Origin: an uncultured virus (IMG/VR IMGVR_UViG_3300031521_000020)
Lineage: Duplodnaviria > Heunggongvirae > Uroviricota > Caudoviricetes
Direction: 5' to 3' (one strand)
Virus record (IMG/VR): IMGVR_UViG_3300031521_000020
Length of the DNA: 64,000 nucleotides
The notes under the pieces: model-generated
What the model saw: only the letters and a program-made list of their open reading frames with translations
Databases searched by the model: none
Told to the model about the DNA's origin: nothing
Part shown: positions 1-10,124 of the stretch, one piece after another
How the letters are laid out: the number at the start of each line of letters is the position of its first letter
Numbering within the stretch: position 1 is the stretch's first letter
Translations under genes and position numbers: made by a program

Positions 1-1290
1 TGTGTAACGCTTGCAAATAAATATATCACAGAAAGGCACCTTCCAGACTCAGCAATTGATATAATGGACGAATGCGGCTCAGAAAAAAAGGTTTCTAACC
101 TATACAATGAATCGGAACTTTTTGAATTAAAGAAAGAGCTTGAATTAAATAAGTTAAACGTCAAAGAAGCATACTCAGAAAATAATTTTGATATTGGTGA
201 TGGTTATAATTTAATATGTATTGAAATAGAAGGTAAGATAGTAGATTTAGAAAAAAATAAAAAATCACAATCTAAGAATAATATTAAAGAAATTACTGAA
301 ATCGATGTGTTTAATATTGTATCTGAAATGACAGGTGTCCCAATTAATAGGTTGACTACTTCGGAGAAGGAACGTTATTTAAACATTGAAAACAAATTAG
401 GTGAAAGTATAATCGGCCAATCGGAAGCGATTAAAAAGGTTGCTCAATCCATGAAAAGAAGCCGAATGGGACTTGGTAGAAAAAATAAGCCTAATGGAGT
501 TTTTATGTTTGTTGGGGAATCTGGGTGTGGAAAAACTTTTTTAGCTAAAAAATTAGCTGAAGAAATATTTGGTAGTGAAGATGCTTTAGTTAGATTTGAT
601 ATGAGCGAATACTCTGACCAAACAGCTGTAAATAAGATGGTTGGAACTGGAAGTGGATTCGTTGGGTATGATCAAGGTGGTTTATTAACGGAAGCCATTA
701 AAAACAAGCCATATTGTGTATTATTACTGGATGAAATTGAAAAGGCTCATAATGATGTTTATAATATATTTTTACAGATTTTTGATGAAAGTTTTGCTAC
801 CGATAATACAGGTGTTCGTGTTTCATTTAAAAATGTTATTATTATTATGACATCGAACGTTGGCGCAAAAGATGCGGCTTCATTAGGTCGCGGAACTGGT
901 TTTCAAATAAATGTGGAAGATAATAAAAAGAATATAATTGAAAAAGCCCTCAAAGGTAAGTTTCCGCCAGAATTCATTAGTAGACTTAATGACGTTATTT
1001 ATTTCAACTCATTAACCGAAGACAACTTAAAATCAATTATCGAGTTAGAATTGAGTAAATTAAAAAAACGTTTGAATGAGATTAATTTTGATGTTGAATT
1101 TGGAGATGATGTTACGGACTATTTATTTAAAACAATCGGTTCAGATAAAAACAGTGGTGCACGAAAGATCAATAGGGCCATTGAAAATGAAATTGAAAAT
1201 GTTATTTGTGATATATACTTGGAAAATGAATTAGAAAATGGATATATATTTAATGTGAATATAAATAATAATAAAATCGAAATTAAATGA
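1..1290 (+). CDS. ClpB/ClpC family AAA+ ATPase, 5'-truncated by window edge
   Basis: Frame is open from base 1 (CVTLANKYITERHLPDSAIDIMDE); NBD2 Walker A GESGCGKT, RFDMSEY, LLDEIEKAH, GAR motif. Confidence 0.92.
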   Translation, partial: CVTLANKYITERHLPDSAIDIMDECGSEKKVSNLYNESELFELKKELELNKLNVKEAYSENNFDIGDGYNLICIEIEGKIVDLEKNKKSQSKNNIKEITEIDVFNIVSEMTGVPINRLTTSEKERYLNIENKLGESIIGQSEAIKKVAQSMKRSRMGLGRKNKPNGVFMFVGESGCGKTFLAKKLAEEIFGSEDALVRFDMSEYSDQTAVNKMVGTGSGFVGYDQGGLLTEAIKNKPYCVLLLDEIEKAHNDVYNIFLQIFDESFATDNTGVRVSFKNVIIIMTSNVGAKDAASLGRGTGFQINVEDNKKNIIEKALKGKFPPEFISRLNDVIYFNSLTEDNLKSIIELELSKLKKRLNEINFDVEFGDDVTDYLFKTIGSDKNSGARKINRAIENEIENVICDIYLENELENGYIFNVNINNNKIEIK

Positions 1291-1475
1291 AAAACGAAAA
1301 AATTATTGCTGGAGTTTTGACTTCTGAAGAATATTGTAAATATCTTGAAGAAAGTAGACATTTAATCCTCGTAGAAATTGATAACCTGTCAGAAAGTGGT
1401 GAGATAACATAAGAGTTAAGGCATAAAATATTGAATAAAGCTGGAAAATACAAAATAAAAATTTTTGGTGAATAA
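1287..1475 (+). pseudogene. Small ORF with in-frame TAA at 1410-1412
   Basis: ATGA overlap with the Clp stop; frame continues 20 codons past the TAA. Confidence 0.4.
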
Positions 1476-1531
1476 AATTACGAAAAACGAATATAAATAC
1501 GAAAGCCCTTTAAATAAAGGATATGTACAAT

Positions 1532-2776
1532 TTAAATTAAGTGATCACATATAAATATAAACTATATAATAATGTCAAATGGAATATAAAACTCCATGAT
1601 CTGTGCAGAAGCTCCGCTTTTGTTTGGAATCATTGTCTTGCTCTTCAAAAACGATATTATAGTTTATATGGATCTTATATTAACTCATCTAAAATGCAAT
1701 CCCATTTTGCAAAGAAGATTGTCCCTAAAAACGATTTTCTTAAATTAATGGGGTCGCAGACCATACAGGAAATCATACAAAGATTAGATACTTCTTATGT
1801 TCGTTTTTTTAAAAAGAAACAGAAAAGACCACCTAAATTTAAATCTGGTTTCAGTTTCTCTTCCTTTGTTTTTAAACAAGGTGGATACCTGTTGACAGAA
1901 AATAAACTTTACATTAATAAACTTAAACATAGTTTTAAGTTCTTTAAATCGAGAGATTATGGAACTCCTAAACTAATTAGACTTAAACGTGATAAACTAG
2001 GTGACTTTTATTTAACCATCACATCAGAAGAAGATGTTAGAAATAAAAATTTTTACTCAAAGACACACGATGGTGCATCAGTAGGAATTGATTTCGGATT
2101 AAAAACATATCTAACGATGTCCGATGGAGAAAGTAGTATTTCCCCTTTATTCTTTAAAAAGGATATAAAGAAAATTAAAAAACTACATAATAAACTCTCT
2201 TCTAAGGGTAGAGTTAAGACTGGAAAGCAGAAATATAGTACTAAGTGGAAAAAGATGGTCGATATTACCGTTTTATCTTCAAATGGGAATAAGGCAAGGA
2301 AAACCCTTGTCAGAGCCTATAAAAAGATAACAAATCGTCGTTCTGATTATCAGTATAAGCTTGCTCATGAACTTTGTCGAAAATACGATCTCATTTTTTT
2401 AGAAACTCTGAATTTAGATGGAATGAAAAGACTGTGGGGAAGAAAAGTTAGTGACCTTTGTCACGCTTCATTTATTTATATATTAAAAGAAGTGTCTTTA
2501 AAATATAAAAATAATATTTATCAGATAGATCAATGGTACGCTTCTTCAAAAACTTGTAGTGAATGTGGAAACAAGCATAAAGGACTTAGATTAGAAGATA
2601 GAACTTTCATCTGTCCATCCTGCGGAGTGGAGATAGATAGGGATTTAAATGCAGCAATAAATATACATCGACAGGGCTTTGTCGAATACCTTAGTAGTTG
2701 TAAGACCCCCAGCTTGCTGGTGGCAAACTGCGCCTGACGGTAGAATTCCACTGATTTATCTGTGGGAGTAAGTCAA
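1532..2776 (+). mobile_element. tnpB-only IS200/IS605-type (IS1341-like) element
   Basis: tnpB ORF, subterminal hairpin ending in TCAA at 2773-2776; left boundary inferred from rejoining a split ORF. Confidence 0.65.
1541..2737 (+). CDS. tnpB: RNA-guided endonuclease TnpB
   Basis: N-term ITYKYKLY; RuvC I GIDFGLK, RuvC II FLETL, Zn finger SKTCSECG...CPSCG, RuvC III DRDLNAAINI. Confidence 0.95.
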   Translation: MITYKYKLYNNVKWNIKLHDLCRSSAFVWNHCLALQKRYYSLYGSYINSSKMQSHFAKKIVPKNDFLKLMGSQTIQEIIQRLDTSYVRFFKKKQKRPPKFKSGFSFSSFVFKQGGYLLTENKLYINKLKHSFKFFKSRDYGTPKLIRLKRDKLGDFYLTITSEEDVRNKNFYSKTHDGASVGIDFGLKTYLTMSDGESSISPLFFKKDIKKIKKLHNKLSSKGRVKTGKQKYSTKWKKMVDITVLSSNGNKARKTLVRAYKKITNRRSDYQYKLAHELCRKYDLIFLETLNLDGMKRLWGRKVSDLCHASFIYILKEVSLKYKNNIYQIDQWYASSKTCSECGNKHKGLRLEDRTFICPSCGVEIDRDLNAAINIHRQGFVEYLSSCKTPSLLVANCA

Positions 2777-2796
2777 TTAGGTTATATCATCAAAAA
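2640..2796 (+). ncRNA. Putative TnpB omegaRNA/reRNA (scaffold to 2776, guide ~2777-2796)
   Basis: GC-richer 3' end of tnpB, hairpin TTCCAC..GTGGGA, TCAA end; 5' limit is approximate. Confidence 0.6.
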
Positions 2797-2879
2797 GATA
2801 GGGGTTCATTTATTTCAGATAGTATTAGCTGTAAATCAGAAAAATATACTCAAATAATGGAAATAATAACAAAAAATAG

Positions 2880-3005
2880 ATGAATAAAACTAAACAAATA
2901 ATACCAAATCCTGATATTGAATATATCTTTTATAGAAATGGTGCATCAAATGATATTGAAATAAAGAAAATTTTAGATAATGAATTTAACCAAATAATAA
3001 ATTAA
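2880..3005 (+). CDS. hypothetical protein (41 aa)
   Basis: ATG..TAA filling the gap before 3011. Confidence 0.4.
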   Translation: MNKTKQIIPNPDIEYIFYRNGASNDIEIKKILDNEFNQIIN

Positions 3006-3010
3006 AAAAC

Positions 3011-4186
3011 ATGGCTCAACCAATCCCAAAGAAAATTTCTGAAACTCACGAAATACCAGAAAAAAGCACATACACATTATTTATTGATGGAGATTCGCTT
3101 TTACAATTAAGTTGGAATGCCGATACAAAGATAAATACAAAAGGGCAACCATATGGCGGGGTATTTCAATTTTTACTTCAATTAAAAATTTTATTATCAA
3201 AACGCGATTTTGATTTTGCATATGTTGCTTGGGATGAGGGTGTTAGTGGTCAATTAAGACATGATATATATCCAGAATACAAAGAAAATAGGCATAAAAA
3301 TTTTTCAAATGATAATGTTCATTCAGATTATTATGACCAAATGGATGCATTCGTGAAAAGAACATTAGAATACAGTAGAAAGAATAAAGAAAAAATTGAA
3401 TCTAAATTAACAGAGAAAGAAGATTTTCATAGACAGAAAGCAATTTTACAAGCCTATTTAGAGGAGCTTTTTGTGAGGCAAGTATCAAGTAATAACATAG
3501 AAGGAGATGATCATTTAGCGTTTTACTGTTTAAATAAAAAATCGAATGATTTAACTTATCTTGTAAGCGGAGATATGGACGTATCACAATTAATAAATGA
3601 ACAAATATGTATATATATTCCGCGATTGAAAAAATTTATATCAACCAAAAATTTCAGTGAAACATTCGGTTACAATTATAAAAATGTAGCTTTACGGAAA
3701 ATATTGTGCGGAGATACCAGTGATAACATCAAGGGCGTGAAAGGGTTATCTGAAGATGGGTTAATGGAAATTATGCCAGAGATAGCCACAAGAGAAGTAT
3801 ATTTATGGGAGGTAATTGCAAGAGCCAAAGAAATCAATCAAAAAAGGGTATCCGAAAAGAAAAAACCATTTGTAAAATGTTTAAATATTATAAATCAAGA
3901 GACAGTTGGAATGCAAGGAAAAAAACTTTTCGAAATCAACGAAAAAATTATAAATTTAAAAAAACCATTATTGACACCAGATGCTATTGAACAACTAAAC
4001 AATTTAATGTATTCACCGATAGACCCCGACGGTAGATCATTATCAAATCTATATAAACTTATGTTACGCGATGGAATTGACGAACTACTTAACGAAAATA
4101 AGTTTGCTTCGTTTTTTTCTACGTTCAACAACTTAAAGAACAATGAGGTAAAAATGTACGAAAAGTGGGTTAAAGAAAATAATTAA
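3011..4186 (+). CDS. 5'-3' exonuclease / flap endonuclease (T4 RNase H-like)
   Basis: FIDGDSL, YPEYKENR, EGDD, SGDMD, GDTSDNIKGVKG (H3TH). Confidence 0.9.
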   Translation: MAQPIPKKISETHEIPEKSTYTLFIDGDSLLQLSWNADTKINTKGQPYGGVFQFLLQLKILLSKRDFDFAYVAWDEGVSGQLRHDIYPEYKENRHKNFSNDNVHSDYYDQMDAFVKRTLEYSRKNKEKIESKLTEKEDFHRQKAILQAYLEELFVRQVSSNNIEGDDHLAFYCLNKKSNDLTYLVSGDMDVSQLINEQICIYIPRLKKFISTKNFSETFGYNYKNVALRKILCGDTSDNIKGVKGLSEDGLMEIMPEIATREVYLWEVIARAKEINQKRVSEKKKPFVKCLNIINQETVGMQGKKLFEINEKIINLKKPLLTPDAIEQLNNLMYSPIDPDGRSLSNLYKLMLRDGIDELLNENKFASFFSTFNNLKNNEVKMYEKWVKENN

Positions 4187-4197
4187 CTAAATCAGAT

Positions 4198-4980
4198 ATG
4201 ATAGAAGAAGAAAAAGAATTATTATATTTCAAGGCTTTCATTCGAGTCGTTAAATCAATTATTTCAAAAGATGAATATTTTAGTAGTGGATTTGATACGG
4301 TTGAAGTTATTAGGGAGCCAATTATAATGGCAAAAGATAAAGCAGAGGTTAAACAAATATTATTAGAAAAATACCCACAATTTTTCCCAACTGGGAAGGT
4401 TTACGAAAAAGAAACAAAAGATCAGGCTCAATTCTTTTATGTAATCATATTTCCTCTTTATGAATATGAAAAAAAGTTAATTACTGAGGGTTCTTGGGTA
4501 TGTAATAGCTGTGGTCAAATTCATGAAAATAAATATGTTTCAAAACCAAGGATTAGTGAAAGATTATTCGGTTCAGAAATATTGTTTTGTAGGAGTGATG
4601 ATGATATTTGTTTAAATAATTATAAGAAAGATAAATATAAAAACATTGAGTTTCCAGACGATGAAAACTACATTAAAACTGATTCACCAAATTACATTTA
4701 CAAGTGTACCGAAAAATCAACCAATAAATGTTATGTAGGTAAAACACGAAACGCACCATTTTTTAGGTGGTGGAATCATCTAACGCATTCAAGCAGCCCA
4801 TTTGGAATATACCTCAGATCAACAAAATTAAGTGATTGGACATTTGAAGTTTTAGAGGAATTACCATCAAACATAGGTGATAGTGAAATTTTTAAAGTAG
4901 AATCAGAATATATACTTAAATATGATAGTATCAGTAATGGTTTTAACTCTGTAATTAGTAATAAAAAAGTTTTATTATAG
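4198..4980 (+). CDS. GIY-YIG nuclease domain protein
   Basis: C-terminal YIYKCT...CYVGKT...RW..H...E...GFN; central CxxC. Confidence 0.7.
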   Translation: MIEEEKELLYFKAFIRVVKSIISKDEYFSSGFDTVEVIREPIIMAKDKAEVKQILLEKYPQFFPTGKVYEKETKDQAQFFYVIIFPLYEYEKKLITEGSWVCNSCGQIHENKYVSKPRISERLFGSEILFCRSDDDICLNNYKKDKYKNIEFPDDENYIKTDSPNYIYKCTEKSTNKCYVGKTRNAPFFRWWNHLTHSSSPFGIYLRSTKLSDWTFEVLEELPSNIGDSEIFKVESEYILKYDSISNGFNSVISNKKVLL

Positions 4981-4995
4981 TTTAAGATAAAAATA

Positions 4996-5027
4996 CTTGT
5001 TTTATTAAAATATTATTAGTATATTTG
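4996..5027 (+). promoter_or_regulatory. Bacteroidetes-type promoter
   Basis: CTTG-N20-TATATTTG. Confidence 0.75.
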
Positions 5028-5052
5028 TTTAAAATAAATTAGGAAAATAAAA

Positions 5053-5241
5053 ATGAAAGACCAAACAATAAAATATTTAACTATAAAAGAAGTTGCCAAT
5101 TTATATGGTGAAAGGATCAACTATAAGTGGTTATCTCCAGATGGATGCGACTGGATAGACTCTAAAGGGAAAGTAACTGGAAGTATAATTTGTGAAATTG
5201 AAGATGAGACCATTAAAGATTGTTATAAAATAAGCAAATAA
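5053..5241 (+). CDS. hypothetical protein
   Basis: ORF after promoter. Confidence 0.7.
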   Translation: MKDQTIKYLTIKEVANLYGERINYKWLSPDGCDWIDSKGKVTGSIICEIEDETIKDCYKISK

Positions 5242-5619
5242 ATGAAAATAATAGAAGGAATATCTTATTACCCTATCACATTACACTATTTAATTGAAAT
5301 AGATAAAACAATCCCAGTAGATAAATACAAGCCAGCATCGTATGATCAGTGGATAATGCTTAAAGAATTGGAACCAACTAAATTTGGATATGATTACCAA
5401 CTTTATATTAATCTTAAAGAAAAAGAATTTAATGAAGAAGTAGAATCATTAAAAAACTGTGCCTTTAAATTAGAAACTATCACGATAGCAATAGACATTA
5501 GAGTAGTTGAAACAATTGAAAAACTTAAAAATAAAATAAAAGAAATTGAAACCAACGTTCTTTTTAATAGATGGTTGAATCCAATCGAAGTTAAGGATTT
5601 ATTAACTCTACAATTATAA
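5242..5619 (+). CDS. hypothetical protein
   Basis: Tightly packed ORF. Confidence 0.7.
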   Translation: MKIIEGISYYPITLHYLIEIDKTIPVDKYKPASYDQWIMLKELEPTKFGYDYQLYINLKEKEFNEEVESLKNCAFKLETITIAIDIRVVETIEKLKNKIKEIETNVLFNRWLNPIEVKDLLTLQL

Positions 5620-5622
5620 AAT

Positions 5623-6138
5623 ATGAAATACGACGTAATTTACGCAGATCCAGCCTGGCAGTATAGTTTTTCAAAATCAACAAGTAGATCGATTGAGAAA
5701 AATTACCCAACAATGACAGTCGATGAAATATGTGCTTTAAATGTGCCTTCAGCTGATAATTCAGTTCTCTATTTGTGGGCAACAGCTCCAAAATTGCTTG
5801 AGGCCTTAAAAGTCATAGAAGCCTGGGGATTTACATACAAAACGCAGGCCGTTTGGGATAAAGAAATAAAAGGTATGGGCTATTGGTTTCGTGGTCAACA
5901 TGAGATACTAATTGTTGCCACAAAGGGTCATTTTTCACCCCCTGAACCAAGTGTCAGAGATAGCAGTGTAATACGCGAGAAACGAACGAAACACAGTAAA
6001 AAACCATTAATTGTACGCGAAATGATTGAAAAATGGTTTCCAAACGCTAATAGATTGGAGATGTTTGCTCGGACCACAGCTGAAAATTGGAGTTCGTGGG
6101 GCAATGAAATTGAAGGAGGGGTTGAAATTGGAGATTAA
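5623..6138 (+). CDS. MT-A70 family N6-adenine methyltransferase
   Basis: YDVIYADPAW, LYLWAT, WGFTYKT, HSKKP, LEMFAR, WGNE. Confidence 0.9.
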   Translation: MKYDVIYADPAWQYSFSKSTSRSIEKNYPTMTVDEICALNVPSADNSVLYLWATAPKLLEALKVIEAWGFTYKTQAVWDKEIKGMGYWFRGQHEILIVATKGHFSPPEPSVRDSSVIREKRTKHSKKPLIVREMIEKWFPNANRLEMFARTTAENWSSWGNEIEGGVEIGD

Positions 6139-6907
6139 CAAAAACTATAATGAAGATTGTTTAGAAACAATGTCACACATGTCAAACGAATTTATTGATT
6201 TAACAATAACATCGCCACCATATGATAAATTAAGGACATATAATGGATATTGTTTTGATTTTGAAAATGTAGCTAAAGAATTATATAGAGTTACAAAAGT
6301 TGGTGGAGTTGTAGTTTGGATAGTTGGTGATGCAACAATTAAAGGTAGTGAATCTGGAACATCGTTTAAACAGGCATTATACTTTATGCAATGTGGTTTT
6401 AATTTGCATGATACAATGATATATGAGAAACCTCCGCGTGGGGCTTGTGGAAATAACAAATCGTATTGGCAGGCTTTTGAGTATATGTTTGTATTTTCCA
6501 AGGGTAAAATCGGAACCATAAATCTACTTCTCGACAGAGAAAACAAAGAGTCCAGAAATGGAGACAATGGGACTAAGAGATTAATAGATGGAACTCTTAA
6601 ACAGGTTTCTCGTGGTGGATATGGTGAGTTTGGCAGAAGAACTAATATATGGAAGTATAAAGTGGGAAAAGGTAAAAGCAGCTTAGATGAAGTTGCATTT
6701 CAACACCCTGCTATTTTCCCAGAACAATTAGCTAACGATCATATAGTCAGTTGGTCTAACGAAGGGGATTTAGTCTACGATCCTTTTATGGGAAGTGGAA
6801 CGACTGCTAAAATGGCAATTAAAAATAATAGAGATTGGATTGGAAGCGAAATATCAAGCGAATATTGTGATATAATTAATAAACGTATAGAAAAATATGA
6901 ACAATGA
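6122..6907 (+). CDS. DNA N4-cytosine/N6-adenine methyltransferase (beta class)
   Basis: TSPPY, HPAIFP, DPFMGSGTT; probable TTG start at 6122 or 6128 (ORF open from 6026). Confidence 0.9.
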   Translation: MKLEINKNYNEDCLETMSHMSNEFIDLTITSPPYDKLRTYNGYCFDFENVAKELYRVTKVGGVVVWIVGDATIKGSESGTSFKQALYFMQCGFNLHDTMIYEKPPRGACGNNKSYWQAFEYMFVFSKGKIGTINLLLDRENKESRNGDNGTKRLIDGTLKQVSRGGYGEFGRRTNIWKYKVGKGKSSLDEVAFQHPAIFPEQLANDHIVSWSNEGDLVYDPFMGSGTTAKMAIKNNRDWIGSEISSEYCDIINKRIEKYEQ

Positions 6908-7085
6908 AAACTATTTAGGAAGCCAACAGGCTATTGAAGATGAAATAAACGAACGTTACGATGAAATGGAAAGTTATTGTAAACAACAGGAAAATGAATA
7001 CTTCAAAGAATGTTATCTTGATATGCAAAACGAATACTATAAAGAACAAGAGGAAGAATACTATAAATACTTAAAAAATGTATAA
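6897..7085 (+). CDS. hypothetical acidic protein
   Basis: Overlapping ORF in operon. Confidence 0.6.
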   Translation: MNNENYLGSQQAIEDEINERYDEMESYCKQQENEYFKECYLDMQNEYYKEQEEEYYKYLKNV

Positions 7086-7290
7086 CATAGAAGACGAAAA
7101 TTTATTAGCTTGGTATTATTAAGGGTTTAGAGATAAATCATATGGAAAAACAACAGTAGAGTCAAATATTGAACTTGAAAATGTAGCTTATAGGTTTGGT
7201 GTATCATTATTACTTGGGTCTGAATATATGGGTATTGATGATTTTCCGAATAGTGATGAAATTTTAAAATTAATAAAAAATGGAAAATAA
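7078..7290 (+). pseudogene. Small ORF with in-frame TAA at 7120-7122
   Basis: Frame continues 55 codons past the stop and fills the gap exactly. Confidence 0.5.
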
Positions 7291-7528
7291 AATAATGGAG
7301 TCACTTATCGAAAAGCTAGGTAATTCAAAAGTAACATTCGGATTAAGAGATTCACAAATAACATATATTGAAGATGAGTTAAAACGGTTTGGAAGCCGTG
7401 AAATTAATGCTAAATATGTTAAATATATTTGGGAAAAGTTAGGTACTGAGTTATACTGGGAGCCACTTACACTTGCATTAACATATTTTGAATATTTAGA
7501 TAAAAAAGAACTTATTAAAAAATTTTAA
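7280..7528 (+). CDS. hypothetical protein
   Basis: ORF in operon. Confidence 0.7.
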   Translation: MENKIMESLIEKLGNSKVTFGLRDSQITYIEDELKRFGSREINAKYVKYIWEKLGTELYWEPLTLALTYFEYLDKKELIKKF

Positions 7529-7545
7529 TAAATAAAATACTAATT

Positions 7546-8010
7546 ATGAAACAAGAAATCACATATCAATTTAACGGCATAACAATCAATGACCAACATT
7601 TTATAAGCTTAAGTGAAATCATCGAAAAATGTAACTTAGAAAAAATTAAGTTAGATAATTTACGACTTTTAAAAATGGAGTGGAGAGGTTGGAGAGGTTT
7701 TAGTGAGGGTATTATTGAAAGAATAGTTTTACCAGCATCAAACATAGAGACAATTTTAAAATACATTATAGGGAAAACCATCTATTTTGGTGAAATCGCG
7801 GGTAAACATTCGGATGTATATAACACACTTGATGAAAACGATATTGAAATAATTGATGATCCAAAAATAATAGTTGATTTTATGAGTAAATATCCAGATG
7901 GACACGAATACAACCATTCTTTTCTACATCATTTTAGCGATAAAGCATATGATGAGGTATATGAGGATATGGGTGAAGAACAAATTGTGGAATTTAACAA
8001 TTGTTATTAA
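7546..8010 (+). CDS. hypothetical protein
   Basis: ORF in operon. Confidence 0.75.
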   Translation: MKQEITYQFNGITINDQHFISLSEIIEKCNLEKIKLDNLRLLKMEWRGWRGFSEGIIERIVLPASNIETILKYIIGKTIYFGEIAGKHSDVYNTLDENDIEIIDDPKIIVDFMSKYPDGHEYNHSFLHHFSDKAYDEVYEDMGEEQIVEFNNCY

Positions 8011-8018
8011 TTTAAAAT

Positions 8019-8243
8019 ATGGGAAATAAATATGATTATGATAAAACAATTGATTTAGGCTGGGAAACATTTTTGGAAGATATGAAAGTTTTCCCATATT
8101 TGGAGGATACGACTGATGAACATAAATTAAACGTTGAGAATCTTGTCAAATCTTTTGAAGAATTTGATGTGTGGTATAATAAAGTAATAAAATTAAAATT
8201 AGAAAGTGGTCATTCGGATACTTCATTAATAGGTTTAAAATAA
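8019..8243 (+). CDS. hypothetical protein
   Basis: ORF in operon. Confidence 0.7.
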   Translation: MGNKYDYDKTIDLGWETFLEDMKVFPYLEDTTDEHKLNVENLVKSFEEFDVWYNKVIKLKLESGHSDTSLIGLK

Positions 8244-8246
8244 ATT

Positions 8247-8627
8247 ATGAAAACAGTACCATTTACAAAAGAAGAGGAAAAATTAATTAGGAAGTGGAGA
8301 AGAAAGATTAATTATGGGTTTAACGGAATACCAATATCAGAAAGTCTATTTTTGGCTATCCATTGTGAAAATATGTATAATAAAATTATTGGTGAAAATC
8401 GGAATGATTTTAGTTTATTTTACGAAGTAATATTATCTCTTAAGTTATTATATATGCATTATTATTCTAAAGAGCCTAATTTAGAAAAATATTTAGAATT
8501 TTTTATACCAAGATATGATTTAGTAAAAGATAAAATAGATCGACCACATTATATTGATACAGCTGCTTGCCTGGAATGGGGTTCAGCAGAATTATATTAT
8601 AATACAGTAATTAAAAAAAATAATTAA
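8247..8627 (+). CDS. hypothetical protein
   Basis: ORF in operon. Confidence 0.7.
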   Translation: MKTVPFTKEEEKLIRKWRRKINYGFNGIPISESLFLAIHCENMYNKIIGENRNDFSLFYEVILSLKLLYMHYYSKEPNLEKYLEFFIPRYDLVKDKIDRPHYIDTAACLEWGSAELYYNTVIKKNN

Positions 8628-8692
8628 ATAGTTTAATATAACCACCAGAACTATATTAATAATATAGTTACAGAAACTAATATAAACTAAAT

Positions 8693-9052
8693 ATGAAAAA
8701 ATGTAAATTAACAATACCACCAGGACAGGAATGGATAGTACTAATCGATGATGAAGAAGCATTAGCTAACCCAGGGGAAATATTTTTAACATTTATTAAA
8801 CCATGTAATGACAAAACATGTTTTAATGAGATAAGTGGATGGATTAATAGTTACTGGCCAGGATATATATTCAGCAAACGAAAGGAAGGAGTTCCATACA
8901 AACGAGACGTTGCTAAAAATGTTCAATTAGAAGATTATGAGACTGAAAATAAGAATAAAATAGTTTTTAATAATGCATATTTTAATAATGCTCATAAATT
9001 TTCTTTAGATAAACCGATGTTAATAGTATATGATTACTATATTTATATGTAA
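8693..9052 (+). CDS. hypothetical protein
   Basis: ORF in operon. Confidence 0.7.
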   Translation: MKKCKLTIPPGQEWIVLIDDEEALANPGEIFLTFIKPCNDKTCFNEISGWINSYWPGYIFSKRKEGVPYKRDVAKNVQLEDYETENKNKIVFNNAYFNNAHKFSLDKPMLIVYDYYIYM

Positions 9053-9069
9053 AAAATAAAAATTTTCGC

Positions 9070-9077
9070 TATTTATA
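9070..9077 (+). promoter_or_regulatory. TATTTATA putative phage (late) promoter motif
   Basis: Recurrent motif upstream of a distinct gene class. Confidence 0.5.
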
Positions 9078-9094
9078 ATAGAATAATAAAATTG

Positions 9095-9179
9095 AAACCT
9101 TGTGATTGAAAAGCTAACGTATAAAATATTAATTTTGGTGCGTTAAGTTGGGGTGATAATCCAACAATTAGTTTTTCAA
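9095..9179 (+). promoter_or_regulatory. Structured 5' leader RNA (3-way junction plus long-range arm)
   Basis: 9106-9117 pairs with 9168-9179 enclosing two hairpins; 9095-9109 complementary to 10098-10112. Confidence 0.65.
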
Positions 9180-9209
9180 ATAAAATAATAAATAAAAATA
9201 ATAAGGAAA

Positions 9210-10082
9210 ATGATTACAAATTCCAAAACAATGGGTAATGCTTGTCCAGTCGCATATATTGCAGCAAATAAGCAGCGGATTAAACAATATGTTAATAATG
9301 TTGTTTACCTGAAGAATAAAAACAATTTCGAAATTGAGTTGTTTAATCCAACACAATTCAAAGTTCTCGCCACGATTGAACTAAATGGGGTTTCAATAGG
9401 CTCTGGAATCATTTTAAGGCCAGCAGAGCGAGTTTTTCTTGAAAGGTATATAAATGAACCTAAAAAGTTTTTATTTGAAACCTATGGGGTAGAAGGTGAA
9501 AACAACGAAGTTATTAAAGCAATAGAAAAGAATGGATTGGTAAGGGTTAAATTCTATAAAGAATCTATTTTCGCACCAAATATTTCTTGGGGTTCTTTCG
9601 AAATTCCAGAAAGAATAATATATGGTGGTCCGCACATAGAAGATAATATTACTTGGCTTGATGGCTCAAAATTGACAAATTTTAATCCTTTATTTGGCAG
9701 TGCGATAACAACAAGTGCCAGTTGTTATTATAATTCAACAGGATATAATGTGGAAATGGGATGTCAAGAACCTAACGGTACGTTAACCGTATCAGGTAAT
9801 TTAATTTTTAATTCATCAACGGGTGGCCAATCAACCAATTCATTACATTCTAAAAAATCAATTGAAACTGGGAGGGTTGGAGAAGGTTCTGATTCTGACC
9901 AGAGATTTAACACTGTCGATACCAAATTTGAGATGTTTCATACTTGGAGTAGTGAGTGGAAACTATTACCAGAATCAAGGAAATTGGTGGTAGCCGAAGA
10001 TTTGGTTCTTTTTTGTTCTGGGTGTGGTCGACGCTTTAAAACAAAAGAACGCTTTTGTCCATCCTGTGGATCTAAAAAATAA
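9210..10082 (+). CDS. hypothetical protein with C-terminal zinc ribbon
   Basis: 290 aa; CSGCG...FCPSCG at C-terminus. Confidence 0.85.
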   Translation: MITNSKTMGNACPVAYIAANKQRIKQYVNNVVYLKNKNNFEIELFNPTQFKVLATIELNGVSIGSGIILRPAERVFLERYINEPKKFLFETYGVEGENNEVIKAIEKNGLVRVKFYKESIFAPNISWGSFEIPERIIYGGPHIEDNITWLDGSKLTNFNPLFGSAITTSASCYYNSTGYNVEMGCQEPNGTLTVSGNLIFNSSTGGQSTNSLHSKKSIETGRVGEGSDSDQRFNTVDTKFEMFHTWSSEWKLLPESRKLVVAEDLVLFCSGCGRRFKTKERFCPSCGSKK

Positions 10083-10124
10083 ATAAAATATATATTATCA
10101 ATTACAAGGTTTAAATAAATTAAA

